Sequence record: OP310984.1
Length of the DNA stretch: 64,000 bases
Reading direction: 5' to 3' (one strand)
Of the stretch, positions 8,267 to 19,672 are shown piece after piece. Position numbers and translations under genes: made by a program. The notes below the pieces were generated by a model. That model did not search any database. It saw only the letters and a list, made by a program, of their open reading frames with translations, and was not told the DNA's origin. Position 1 is the stretch's first letter. Every line of letters begins with the position of its first letter.

Positions 8267-10462
8267 TTAATAGAAGTCAGAGATGAGTCGATCGTTATTT
8301 TTATCAATAAGGAAAATACCTAGGGACTCTAAGGTTAGATAGAATACACCCATAGTGTTTCCAATGATAGTTCTAACGTCAGCAACACGCGTAATAACTT
8401 CTGGAATACGACCAGTTTCTACTACTGTACTCGGGATATGGAAATCACCAATACTGGTTTTATTTTCTTCAGTAACCCATGCTTGAATACGAGCAGCTAA
8501 TTTCTTATCTTCGATACCATCAATCCATTCTTTGATCGCAGTTTTATTATTAAGAGTAACTGAGATCTTTACATGTGAATAAGGTGGATCACCAGCGTCA
8601 CCAAATGATGGAGCAAATACAGTCTTCCACACTAATCCCTTTTTATGGGTTGAGTTATCTTCAGATTTATAAGACTCAGGTCGTTTAGTTTGACCACTTG
8701 TCAGATACTCAGCTTTACCACTTCTAACAGACTCAATAATTTCTCTTTCGATATCACCAACTTCTTTTAGAATTGAAGCCAAGTCGATTTTCTCTTCAGT
8801 CTTTACAGTTTTAATGATATCTTCCATGAGTGTTTTAGCACGACTATTAATCTTCTTAGGTACTTTACTATCCCTTAGTCCTACACCCTTGATCTCCATT
8901 CGTGACTCATTAAACATTACCCCTTCTTGGGCATCCTGTGATGCAAAGTAATGTTTAGAACGAGTAGTTAAGGCCAGTACTGCGAAATAATATTCGTTCT
9001 TCATTGCAAATAGACGAAGCTTATCTTTAGATACACCCATATTAGCGGATTGAATCGCCAAGATATGCATAACTACTTCAGACACTAGAAACACTAGTGC
9101 GAATACTAGTCGCTTAGCTTCATTGCTAAAAGTTACTTTACCAAAGAATTCCTCAACCCACCATTGTAATGTAAACATAGTGGAGTCAGTATCTGAAATA
9201 ACAGCAGCTCGTCTATACACAGTTGGAAAAGCATGAATGCTTGATGGTACACATTTAGTCAAGAAGAAAGCTTCAATCAATAGACGATATTCATTAAGAG
9301 TTTCAGCGATATTTCGACCAGTGGCATAAACTTGGTTTAATGTATCTGGATCTGACTCTTTTAGTTTAGCTTTAGATCGACCTTTAACAGTATCAAAGCA
9401 AATAAAGCTAGCCAATAGATCCATATCACCATCATAAGTTGAATATTCTTCTTCAGTGATGATTTGTTCTTTTGTTCCAACCTGGCTTAATTTAATTAGA
9501 AAGCTCTTGATTAATTCTTTATTGTATTTATATAAGTGATATAGATCACCTACGTACATAACTGCTGCTCGTTCGACTGGTGTCATCCCAGTAGCTAGTT
9601 TTAAAATCTGCGCCGTGTAGTACTTATTTTGCCAATAGTGTTTAGTTGAATAAAGAACCATATCAACTACTTCTTCTGGCGTTGGGCAATGTAGATTAAA
9701 ATTAGTTACTGCTTTTTGAATTAACTCCATATCAGCTACATTAATAGTGTTTACTAAATTAGCTTTTGTGATTTCTGGAGTATAATAATGCCTATTACCC
9801 ATAATGAATTTTTCATTATTTGAGTTAGCATAAGAGGTACCAGTTCTACAGGTAGATGTTAAACTAGAGTGTGTGGACTTATAATAAAGAATAGTGGCAG
9901 CAGATACAGTACCGCCTGAATATGAGTTATTGTTAATTTTGAAGTTTTCTTGCTCGCCTTTACGTACTTGTGCAAGTTCTGTTTTAATTTGTGAATTCTC
10001 TTTATCGCCGGCCTGTAGGAAAGCAGCTGCTTCACGTTCAGCCTGCATCTGTTCACCTTTAACACGCTTACGGTTTTTCACACCTTCGGCAATATAGATG
10101 GAGTGCGTAGACTGTCTAACAGACTCTGGTAAATATGCGGTCATTGATGGAGATAATAATAGATTCTGTTTCTTAACACGGTTAAGAAAAGCCATAAATG
10201 AAACCGTCTTTAATTCCCTATCACCAAACTTATTTTTATCTAGAATAGTTGCTAATGGATTACGAAGTGCATATTCGCCATTTTGACGTAATTGTTCTTT
10301 AACAAATTCTTTACATTCTTCTAAACTAATATTTAATTCATCTTTTGTCATTAATTGAAGATATTTGGCATTATCATCAAGACATGCATTAATGATATCA
10401 ATATCACGATGGTAATCATTGACATCTTTTAAAAACGGATTTGGTTGGGCAAATGCGGTCAT
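8267..10462 (-). CDS. family B DNA polymerase, split catalytic subunit (phiKZ gp50-like)
   Basis: 731 aa with PolB motifs KINNNSYSG (motif B-like) and ISDTDST (motif C). phiKZ-like phages encode PolB as two genes. Confidence 0.85.
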   Translation of the reverse strand: MTAFAQPNPFLKDVNDYHRDIDIINACLDDNAKYLQLMTKDELNISLEECKEFVKEQLRQNGEYALRNPLATILDKNKFGDRELKTVSFMAFLNRVKKQNLLLSPSMTAYLPESVRQSTHSIYIAEGVKNRKRVKGEQMQAEREAAAFLQAGDKENSQIKTELAQVRKGEQENFKINNNSYSGGTVSAATILYYKSTHSSLTSTCRTGTSYANSNNEKFIMGNRHYYTPEITKANLVNTINVADMELIQKAVTNFNLHCPTPEEVVDMVLYSTKHYWQNKYYTAQILKLATGMTPVERAAVMYVGDLYHLYKYNKELIKSFLIKLSQVGTKEQIITEEEYSTYDGDMDLLASFICFDTVKGRSKAKLKESDPDTLNQVYATGRNIAETLNEYRLLIEAFFLTKCVPSSIHAFPTVYRRAAVISDTDSTMFTLQWWVEEFFGKVTFSNEAKRLVFALVFLVSEVVMHILAIQSANMGVSKDKLRLFAMKNEYYFAVLALTTRSKHYFASQDAQEGVMFNESRMEIKGVGLRDSKVPKKINSRAKTLMEDIIKTVKTEEKIDLASILKEVGDIEREIIESVRSGKAEYLTSGQTKRPESYKSEDNSTHKKGLVWKTVFAPSFGDAGDPPYSHVKISVTLNNKTAIKEWIDGIEDKKLAARIQAWVTEENKTSIGDFHIPSTVVETGRIPEVITRVADVRTIIGNTMGVFYLTLESLGIFLIDKNNDRLISDFY

Positions 10463-10662
10463 TTCACATATCTCTCAGTATACTTATTTTTAATTATAGT
10501 GAATGATTTCTCTCTCTTTAACTAAAAAAGAAAAGGAAAGAATGGGTACCCTATACGGGCACCCTAAATTGAGAGGTAGCACATCAACTTACATTCACAT
10601 TAGATGATGTAAGCAAGTAAAAATAATACAACATAAAAGGAGCCATAATGGCTCCTTTATAG

Positions 10663-11088
<426 letters not shown>

Positions 11089-11113
11089 CTAAAATAGTTG
11101 GTTACATAGGGTA

Positions 11114-11497
11114 TTACTCATCTAGTAATACAACTACACCAAACAGACCTTTTGTATCCATTGGCACTGTAATTAATACATGTCCATTTGGATATTTTTC
11201 TTTAAAGCTATTGATAAAGTCGGTACAATATTCAATAACATATCCTTTAGTAGAATAATTCTCTAACTCAATATCTTCGTCAGGATCATCAAATGAGTCA
11301 TGTCCATACATCAGCATATGGATATATATGTCATTATTAAGCGTATCCATATAACTTAACTTACGTGATTCTTCAAATAAATCAAGTGGTGTTGGACAAT
11401 CTGGATATATCATTCGTTTTGTATATTCACGAAGCAAATGTTGCGAATATATTTCTGACTCTTTAGATTTAAATACGATAAATACTCGTTTTTCCAT
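11114..11497 (-). CDS. hypothetical protein
   Basis: 127-aa ORF in a co-oriented array. Confidence 0.7.
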   Translation of the reverse strand: MEKRVFIVFKSKESEIYSQHLLREYTKRMIYPDCPTPLDLFEESRKLSYMDTLNNDIYIHMLMYGHDSFDDPDEDIELENYSTKGYVIEYCTDFINSFKEKYPNGHVLITVPMDTKGLFGVVVLLDE

Positions 11498-11569
11498 ATC
11501 GGTTCCTAGTAGGAAGCCTATGTGAACCGATAGGCTTTCCTATTTACGTCAATTGTTAATATGTGTCAC

Positions 11570-12106
11570 TTAATCCACATCATTGTAGCAGTCCATACCA
11601 AAGTCTTCACCTTCTAGAATATAACCTTGATTATGTTGATCAACTGCTATTGATTGGATTCTTTCTACACCATATCCATTCTGATAAAGATACGCTATTT
11701 CAGATTGTAGTTTACTAGCCAGTGTTTTACACACAGCTGCAAACCACATATTAAGAATACTCAATGCATATTTATCTTGCATAATCACAGGCGCTACTGA
11801 TGGAAAGTATTCTTGTAAATAATAGTCAACCCCTATAATTGGTTGAGTAGGCTGTTGTGCTAGAAATTCAATATATGCATTAATCGCCTGATACCATAAC
11901 TGTTCTATAGATTGGTGTTCAGTATATGGGTAAGGAGTATTGTAAGACTTATTGACAACTACATCAGCCATTTTATTAACAATGGGCCAGATATCACTGA
12001 TGTTAATAACTACGAAACTCGTCATTCCTTGTTGGCCTGGAGTTATGTTATTAGCATCATTTATCCGCTGCATTTCTTGTTGTCTATAAAGAAGTGGATG
12101 CATCAT
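11570..12106 (-). CDS. hypothetical protein
   Basis: 178-aa ORF; start overlaps the upstream stop (ATGA). Confidence 0.7.
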   Translation of the reverse strand: MMHPLLYRQQEMQRINDANNITPGQQGMTSFVVINISDIWPIVNKMADVVVNKSYNTPYPYTEHQSIEQLWYQAINAYIEFLAQQPTQPIIGVDYYLQEYFPSVAPVIMQDKYALSILNMWFAAVCKTLASKLQSEIAYLYQNGYGVERIQSIAVDQHNQGYILEGEDFGMDCYNDVD

Positions 12107-12537
12107 GTTTGAGACCTCATAACTAATTTAGTTACCATCTTATATTTATCTACTTCTATACATTTAAGACTAGTAATAAGATTACCTGCTTGAATAACTT
12201 GTTTTTGGATTATCTCTAAGAAATCAGTTCCAAATAAATCCAATACCCTTTCGATAATCTCAGCAGATCTTAAGTGCCAATTGATAGTATTAGGATTTCC
12301 CTGATGATCAAATACCATCATGCTCATCGGTCTATCTGGTTCTATATAGGTATCGCTTAAGTAATCTTCTAACCATTGCTCTAAAAAGGTAGGCCAATCT
12401 AATCTCTGCCAGTGGTTAAAGTATTCTACATATGCTGCTAGAAGTCTATTGATACACCACAGTACAAAGTCAGTCGGTTCATCTACACCTAGCTCTTCCG
12501 TAAAAGAACGCGGTTTCAAAATTAGCAACAATTGCAT
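12103..12537 (-). CDS. hypothetical protein
   Basis: 144-aa ORF overlapping the 3' end of the upstream gene. Confidence 0.7.
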   Translation of the reverse strand: MQLLLILKPRSFTEELGVDEPTDFVLWCINRLLAAYVEYFNHWQRLDWPTFLEQWLEDYLSDTYIEPDRPMSMMVFDHQGNPNTINWHLRSAEIIERVLDLFGTDFLEIIQKQVIQAGNLITSLKCIEVDKYKMVTKLVMRSQT

Positions 12538-12937
12538 ATTGACTCCACTCTTTACCAGTGACTATAGTTAATAGAACAACTTTGTTATCTATTACACTAA
12601 TGAACTTATAGTCTATTAAATTCTTCGGTGTTCTATGTAGTAATTGGATTCCAGTTGTATAGAACAAATTAATGAACTCATCCCAATCTGGACCATTTCC
12701 TAGTTGTATTGATATATCCACAAAAGGAATAACCGTATTATCCTGTTGTAATTTAGACATCATCTTAACAACCCATTGAGTTAATAAGACGATGACTGTA
12801 GCTTCATCTTTATTTGTTAGGTAAGTAAATTTCTTTATCAATGTGATTAATTGTGGGAATACCACTTCGATTGGCAATACATATACCAGACGTTGTACTT
12901 CCTCCGATGTACAATCCATCTCGTGCTTCTGTTTCAT
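12479..12937 (-). CDS. hypothetical protein
   Basis: Likely start ATG 12937 (MKQKHEMDC) with SD AAGGAA; the ORF track extends it to 12994. Confidence 0.65.
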   Translation of the reverse strand: MKQKHEMDCTSEEVQRLVYVLPIEVVFPQLITLIKKFTYLTNKDEATVIVLLTQWVVKMMSKLQQDNTVIPFVDISIQLGNGPDWDEFINLFYTTGIQLLHRTPKNLIDYKFISVIDNKVVLLTIVTGKEWSQYAIVANFETAFFYGRARCR

Positions 12938-13262
12938 ACCACAGTTCCTTAGTATTTGTTGGAATGAGGTGCATGATCTGCTCAGCACCCTCATCGAGAA
13001 GTTCTATTAGTTTATGCATGAAATGAATGTCTTTAGCATATTCATAGAACATTTCTTCTTTAACGACCATTTGCATAAGCTTCTGTTCTGCCAATGCAAC
13101 AAGCAAATGCATTGCTTCGATATAACTAATATCTAAAAAGTCCAATACAAATCTTAGATAGTTATCATCTTTAATAAGTTTACTTTTAGTCGCTCTTAGT
13201 AAAAAACGAGGTTGTGGTGTGGGTAATGGTGACGTATAGATCTTCTGGTTTCTCAGTATCAT
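12810..13262 (-). CDS. hypothetical protein
   Basis: 150-aa ORF overlapping both neighbours. Confidence 0.65.
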   Translation of the reverse strand: MILRNQKIYTSPLPTPQPRFLLRATKSKLIKDDNYLRFVLDFLDISYIEAMHLLVALAEQKLMQMVVKEEMFYEYAKDIHFMHKLIELLDEGAEQIMHLIPTNTKELWYETEARDGLYIGGSTTSGICIANRSGIPTINHIDKEIYLPNK

Positions 13263-13575
13263 AAATAACCCTATTTAACTGGATGTTACCAGCTGATGGT
13301 AGAACTACCCGGTTAGAACAATTATACAGATAAGTTGTTAAATTAATATCACAAATATCCCTATAACCCAGCATCTGATTAATTAGTTCTATGACATCAT
13401 TAGATGTGCTACCCGATGCCCTCTCAGACGCTGCTGCCAATACAATTGTTAATGCATATTCTGCACCAATACTATTTTTTATAGATTTCCAAATATCAGA
13501 ATGTTGATCTTGTACAAAAGATCTTACTTCCATTCTGATACACATTGATGTGTCTTTATCATTAGATATGTTCAT
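13186..13575 (-). CDS. hypothetical protein
   Basis: 129-aa ORF. Confidence 0.65.
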   Translation of the reverse strand: MNISNDKDTSMCIRMEVRSFVQDQHSDIWKSIKNSIGAEYALTIVLAAASERASGSTSNDVIELINQMLGYRDICDINLTTYLYNCSNRVVLPSAGNIQLNRVIYDTEKPEDLYVTITHTTTSFFTKSD

Positions 13576-13624
13576 TATAAAAACCTTATAATCGGTATAA
13601 AGCCCCCCATAAGGAGGGCTTTAT

Positions 13625-14698
13625 TTAGTATAGATTATTTTCTAAAATGTATCGCTCAGCTTGCGCTCGCTGATCATCAGGTAAATAATCACCACGTTGA
13701 TATTCAAATACTAATTTCTCAATAGGATAAGTTGCATTCTTATTCTTGTATACAGAAATTACATAGCTATGATACTCTAGTTCATACTTAACGTCATGCT
13801 CAATTCTGGTTGAAAAATATGCCATGTTAATAGAACTAACTAGAGGGCTAATATATTTCTCTTCAAATAGTAATAAATTATCAAGTCCTAAACTTGCAAA
13901 GAAATCATGGTTAACCTTAGGTATTAGATAAGATACTTTAATATTACTATATTGTTTAACAATTACACCAATAAGTAATGCAGTTAACTGTTCTTGAATA
14001 TATTCTACTGCGATGTTATATGCATGGTTAGTGGTGATGTGGTCTTTATTTAAAGTATAGCTACCACCATTAGCAAGAGATAGCTGAGTTTTACGCCTAG
14101 ATTCGTAGATACTATAACCTAATGTTTGTAAATTAATTCTGTCAAAGCCATGGAAGAATGTACGGAGAAATTCACTAAATAAATAGTTTAATGGGTTCAG
14201 TAGGTTAAGTGATACCACTGCATGATCATCACCATTATCAATCCCATGGACACGATCATATTCCGCGATACGATAATCTTTGCCACTGATTAAAGTTATA
14301 ACTGAACCAGCTTTAACTACATCCCATTGGATCCATGTACCGCTATCGATATATTTAGCTACTTGTTTATAGATATCTAGATAGATAGTTTCTAGATAAG
14401 GTAGTTTCATTAGATTTTCTACCCAAGCAACTTTATTACTATCTACGTCAGTTACAGCACAATTAAAAATAGCTGCTGCCATCTTAAGATTGGTGTACTG
14501 GTCTTTGGCTGTTTTATATGAAACTAAACTCTCTACTATATTTTCAACCATTAGATGTAAAAACTGTTGAGCCACATCTTTACTCAATTTCACCCCAATC
14601 GCTTCATCAATTGAAGCTGAAGCTGTAAGCTGACCTAGTAAATCGTATATTGCTTTTTCTTGGTGGCGCGTATCAAGTACAATGAGCTTATTCGACAT
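13625..14698 (-). CDS. hypothetical protein, possibly two related domains
   Basis: 357-aa ORF followed by a hairpin at 13596-13624. Confidence 0.75.
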   Translation of the reverse strand: MSNKLIVLDTRHQEKAIYDLLGQLTASASIDEAIGVKLSKDVAQQFLHLMVENIVESLVSYKTAKDQYTNLKMAAAIFNCAVTDVDSNKVAWVENLMKLPYLETIYLDIYKQVAKYIDSGTWIQWDVVKAGSVITLISGKDYRIAEYDRVHGIDNGDDHAVVSLNLLNPLNYLFSEFLRTFFHGFDRINLQTLGYSIYESRRKTQLSLANGGSYTLNKDHITTNHAYNIAVEYIQEQLTALLIGVIVKQYSNIKVSYLIPKVNHDFFASLGLDNLLLFEEKYISPLVSSINMAYFSTRIEHDVKYELEYHSYVISVYKNKNATYPIEKLVFEYQRGDYLPDDQRAQAERYILENNLY

Positions 14699-14711
14699 TA
14701 TATTTCTCCAA

Positions 14712-15140
14712 TTAATTTTTTGGAATAGCGATCCAAACTGTGTTCTTTAACCGATAAAATATTACAAACTTACCTGCATTTACTCTAGGTATAATTTTTA
14801 ATATATCCCAAAGATCAGATGCGGCCTCATGATTATCATGAAACCATTGGATTTCTTGAGGGGTGTTATTTATTGGATTATATCCAGTAGTATACATGAA
14901 TTCAAAAGAGTCAATAGAATATTTAAAGAAGTCATCAATTAAGCTGTCCTCTACTGATTTAAATATATGCTCTAATGTACCATAGTCATCTGGATGTATT
15001 CCAAAGCTTTGGCACCTAATTGCTAAACGAGCATTTATTAGCTCTTTTGGCGATCTTGGTACTAACTTGGCTATCACCCTCGTTACATCTATTACATACA
15101 GGTCAGCTATTTGGGGAGTAGTCACAGTACAATCTCTCAT
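14712..15140 (-). CDS. hypothetical protein
   Basis: 142-aa ORF behind an early motif at 15156-15180. Confidence 0.7.
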   Translation of the reverse strand: MRDCTVTTPQIADLYVIDVTRVIAKLVPRSPKELINARLAIRCQSFGIHPDDYGTLEHIFKSVEDSLIDDFFKYSIDSFEFMYTTGYNPINNTPQEIQWFHDNHEAASDLWDILKIIPRVNAGKFVIFYRLKNTVWIAIPKN

Positions 15141-15267
15141 TAAATGTTCAGGAACATGATATAGATCTAAAAATATTTTTAGTCAAATCTGTTCGTGGTA
15201 AGCCGATGTATATTATACCTTAGTTGGGTATTATCTCCATCGAAAAAACGCGTACAGCGCATTATAG

Positions 15268-16077
<810 letters not shown>

Positions 16078-16095
16078 AAAAAAATAAAAAAAAGA

Positions 16096-16127
16096 CATAA
16101 TGCCCTCCCATTGCGGGAGGGCTTATG
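16096..16127. terminator. bidirectional hairpin of the CATAA-CCCTCCC family
   Basis: CATAATGCCCTCCCATTGCGGGAGGGCTTATG, a near-exact inverted copy of 25795-25826. Confidence 0.7.
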
Positions 16128-16185
16128 CCATTAAGATAATATCTAAATAACACTATATTTAAAAACATACTGGTATAACCCATCA

Positions 16186-16413
16186 TCAATTAATACTGTT
16201 GAGAATCTTTTTGATGAGATCACCAGGTGCAATACCAATACCTGAACAATACCGTCTAAAGTTATTACACGGTTGACATGCTTTCTTTTCAACGATATTT
16301 AATTCAAAGCAAATATTGCCACGTGAATCTAGAATGGATATAAATGCTTTGTTACCTGTTACGCGATATGTCTTACCGAATACAACAGTTGTTTTATATG
16401 CAAGGCTATTCAT
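16186..16413 (-). CDS. small hypothetical protein
   Basis: Likely start ATG 16413 (MNSLAYK) with SD AAAGGA; 75 aa. Confidence 0.55.
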   Translation of the reverse strand: MNSLAYKTTVVFGKTYRVTGNKAFISILDSRGNICFELNIVEKKACQPCNNFRRYCSGIGIAPGDLIKKILNSIN

Positions 16414-16480
16414 GATTATTCCTTTAACATGGATTATTATCATGTTTGTAATATAGCCTTTAAATGTATTTAAATATTTA

Positions 16481-16768
16481 TTAAACCCCATAGCGATGAG
16501 CTATATATGTTTTTAATACCTCATATGCCTTATCAGTTGCCATGGAACTATTGACAAAATCAGAATGATCAATCTTAATAATCTTACCGAATGAATCATA
16601 ATCGATAGTTGTAACTGCTATTCGATCACTATCACGGATCAATAGTTTATTTTTATTTAAAACAAAAATATTCCATTTCTCGCCATCGGCTAAAATAACA
16701 TCCTCATCTTTAAGATTAAGACGAACAAACTGTTTTACATAAATACTTAACTGAGCAACTGTTGACAT
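16481..16768 (-). CDS. hypothetical protein
   Basis: 95-aa ORF. Confidence 0.6.
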   Translation of the reverse strand: MSTVAQLSIYVKQFVRLNLKDEDVILADGEKWNIFVLNKNKLLIRDSDRIAVTTIDYDSFGKIIKIDHSDFVNSSMATDKAYEVLKTYIAHRYGV

Positions 16769-17079
16769 AATGATTTCTCGATATCTGTTAATGAAATAAT
16801 CATATCTTGGACATTGATGGTAATAACATTTTTATAAGTTAAATAAGTTGGATATGAACCCATAAATGTAATAGTCCCACAGATATGATTTTTATATCTA
16901 ATATCAACACATCCGTCATATCTCCAGATAAAATCAAATGATCCTTTAGTGTGGTGTTCAAGTGAAAGAATAGAACCACTAACTAATTTAGGATATTGTT
17001 CAAATTCAGACATTACATAATCTGCCAGTTCCTTAACCTCAGGATAATCAATCAATAATAGCATATACGTAAATCTCAA
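16747..17079 (-). CDS. hypothetical protein
   Basis: 110-aa ORF overlapping the upstream stop. Confidence 0.6.
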   Translation of the reverse strand: MRFTYMLLLIDYPEVKELADYVMSEFEQYPKLVSGSILSLEHHTKGSFDFIWRYDGCVDIRYKNHICGTITFMGSYPTYLTYKNVITINVQDMIISLTDIEKSLCQQLLS

Positions 17080-17549
17080 TTAGTTAATATAACACCCCAT
17101 CCAGGGTGGACTCTTTCGAAAAATGGTAATGTATTATTTCGTATACTGTCTGCATCAATATTTGGAATGTGGATGGTACAACAGTGGGGGTTACTGTCAA
17201 TCTTGAAATAGAAATTATCTTTTAAATCTTCAACCTTGGATGTTTGTAATGGATATAAAATACCATTCCCCCAAACATACCAACGTCTATACAGCTTATC
17301 GTTTAACCGCTTCTCAATAACCGAATGCGATTTGAAACGAGGAACTCGCAAACGCATCCCGTTTACTTCAGCCCATTTGTCTACCCGATCATAGCTAATA
17401 ATTCCATCCTTAACCATTACAAAGATAAATCCCTCAACTATGTTGGGGAGACGAACTACGTGTTTCAGAACCATAGTAAACGGAGATAACGTCAGATCAA
17501 GTTCAGCTGCCATTTGCTCGTCGAGCTTTTTAGCAGTGTTCTTTGCCAT
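17076..17549 (-). CDS. hypothetical protein
   Basis: 157-aa ORF with SD AGGAG. Confidence 0.7.
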   Translation of the reverse strand: MAKNTAKKLDEQMAAELDLTLSPFTMVLKHVVRLPNIVEGFIFVMVKDGIISYDRVDKWAEVNGMRLRVPRFKSHSVIEKRLNDKLYRRWYVWGNGILYPLQTSKVEDLKDNFYFKIDSNPHCCTIHIPNIDADSIRNNTLPFFERVHPGWGVILTN

Positions 17550-17588
17550 CGGTTATCTCCTAATATACAGATTATTAATTATCGCTAG

Positions 17589-18071
17589 TTATTTAATATC
17601 TGCAAAATTCTGATTTACTTTACCCATAAAAATACCATCGGCTCTATCGTCATAATAAAGCTTCCCTGCTTTAGCATTACATAAAACTCCATAAATGTGA
17701 CCATTGTAACCATCAAAATTAAATAAAGATGGATTATGCGGTACATGAATGAATCCCATTTTATCGCACAGAAACTTAGCTACAGCAGCCGATCGGCTAA
17801 TACCTGCCTCACAGTGTACGAATAGGTGTTGACCCTTACCAAGAGCTTCACAGAAGGAAATAATACGTTGTGCATGCCGATGATCAAATAGATCATAAGA
17901 AGAATCAACATAATCCTCAATGTCATCAACATTGATACGTAAATAATTAAGATGTTTTGCTGAATAAAGTGGGACTCTACCTTTCTCCAGTAGACAGATC
18001 ATATTTCTAGGGGAATAAAATGATTCAGCTACATGTAAAGGTACATAGGTAACGGTATTTACTGGTTTCAT
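17589..18071 (-). CDS. CX5R (tyrosine/dual-specificity) phosphatase-family protein
   Basis: LFVHCEAGISRSAAVA active-site loop, with an upstream acidic DDIED loop. Confidence 0.8.
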   Translation of the reverse strand: MKPVNTVTYVPLHVAESFYSPRNMICLLEKGRVPLYSAKHLNYLRINVDDIEDYVDSSYDLFDHRHAQRIISFCEALGKGQHLFVHCEAGISRSAAVAKFLCDKMGFIHVPHNPSLFNFDGYNGHIYGVLCNAKAGKLYYDDRADGIFMGKVNQNFADIK

Positions 18072-18125
18072 ATTACACCTCGTTACAAAAAAAATAAAAA
18101 GGAGCCCCGAAGGGCTCCGATTATA

Positions 18126-19106
18126 TTAATCAAATACAAGGCCACTACTAGTTGCTTGGTCATCCACATCTAGTGTGGATTGACGCTTGCGCATATTAGC
18201 TTTGGCACGATTCATCATTTCACGACGTTCTTCTAGTCGTTTACGGATATCTTCAACAGATAGACTAGTGATCACAAAATGCATTTGATCGAAATCATAT
18301 TTCTCGGGATCAGCATAACCAGTAGTACGAGTTAAAACAGTGCTAATGGATACTTCGCGATCAGGGTCAGTGTATAGTGAAGCAATAGAAATTGGGTCCA
18401 GAATAGCCTGGGCTTCTTGACGATCAAAACACACGTGTAATTGGACAGTCTGTACAGGTACATCATGATGTTTATGGAAGTGGGCCCAGTTAGTGATATC
18501 CATTAGATCAAGACTTTGGTGTTCTTGATTAAATAGAGTTACTAGTGCATCTAGTACTTCAAGAATGTTTTGGTTCACCATTGATTGCGGTACGCCTTCA
18601 ACATTCTCATGATAGTTAATAATCATCGGAACTTTACTAACAGAGGAAACCCCTTCAAACGTCTTAAGGCTACCACTACTATTTCGAAGACTAATATCAC
18701 TGTCGTAAGATCCAATGACTACACTTACAACTACTTCACCTTGTTGTTGTAGATGACTAACAAGGGAAGGACCAATAGTTGAACCAGAAGCACCACCCAT
18801 TGAATACACTACAATGTTAGCATCCCCTGCTGGGAAATGATGCGCAATGGCAGGAATGTGTGCAGAGATTAGTTCTGCGGCTGCCTTACGATCTTTACCC
18901 ATACCGATAGCACGTTTACGTGCGGTCTGGTCAGCTAGCTTAGTATCAGCTTCAATAATGATCGTATTATCGTCAGTATTGTGTTTGTGTTTATTTTGTA
19001 CACTGGTATCAATGTAGCAAACATCTTCATGATAACCATGGAATAGTTCACCAATACGGAAACCAGCACCACCACAAAAGTAAATTCGAGTTTTTACTTT
19101 AGACAT
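18126..19106 (-). CDS. phuZ: phage tubulin PhuZ/TubZ (gp39-like)
   Basis: 326 aa; FCGGAG N-terminal loop, SMGGASGS tubulin signature, acidic C-terminal tail LDVDDQATSSGLVFD. Confidence 0.92.
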   Translation of the reverse strand: MSKVKTRIYFCGGAGFRIGELFHGYHEDVCYIDTSVQNKHKHNTDDNTIIIEADTKLADQTARKRAIGMGKDRKAAAELISAHIPAIAHHFPAGDANIVVYSMGGASGSTIGPSLVSHLQQQGEVVVSVVIGSYDSDISLRNSSGSLKTFEGVSSVSKVPMIINYHENVEGVPQSMVNQNILEVLDALVTLFNQEHQSLDLMDITNWAHFHKHHDVPVQTVQLHVCFDRQEAQAILDPISIASLYTDPDREVSISTVLTRTTGYADPEKYDFDQMHFVITSLSVEDIRKRLEERREMMNRAKANMRKRQSTLDVDDQATSSGLVFD

Positions 19107-19159
19107 CGTTACGCCTCATTGTAATTAATTTAAATTCATATACCAACTTGTAAATGGTA

Positions 19160-19672
19160 TTAGTGCTTAAAAGCAACGATCTCTTCATGAGTCCGTTCTT
19201 GATAAATAGTTAATTCACTAATCGTCTTACCAACATCTGATTTAAATTCGATTACCATTTCATCTCGACTCATGTATGTTTGCCAAGTACCACCTGACTT
19301 AACACAATCAATAATCATGTTTAGTACATTCTTAACTTCAATATTACTGACTTTATAACGATAAACACTTAGAAGCTCAGTAAGCCATTTTGTTTTTGGG
19401 ATTTTAGCATTTTTACGTTCTTTTGAAACATCAAAAGGAATTAATGCAATGATCTCACCATCTTTATTGGTAAATTCAAATACCATTCCTTTTGAGTTAG
19501 CTAAAGGTCGAATACTGTAATTACCTTTAGCACTACATACTTCTTCAGATAACTTAACTAACCTATCTAGTTGAACATCAGATGCATGAATGTTATCTTC
19601 TTTAAATGCTTTCTTTAGCTCATCATGAGTTAGTGGAGTACGTACTAGAGTGTAATCTTTCTGTTCAGACAT
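19160..19672 (-). CDS. hypothetical protein with an internal tandem duplication
   Basis: 170 aa; two ~70-aa units each ending MV(F/I)EF....G..I..(I/L).(F/I). Confidence 0.7.
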   Translation of the reverse strand: MSEQKDYTLVRTPLTHDELKKAFKEDNIHASDVQLDRLVKLSEEVCSAKGNYSIRPLANSKGMVFEFTNKDGEIIALIPFDVSKERKNAKIPKTKWLTELLSVYRYKVSNIEVKNVLNMIIDCVKSGGTWQTYMSRDEMVIEFKSDVGKTISELTIYQERTHEEIVAFKH

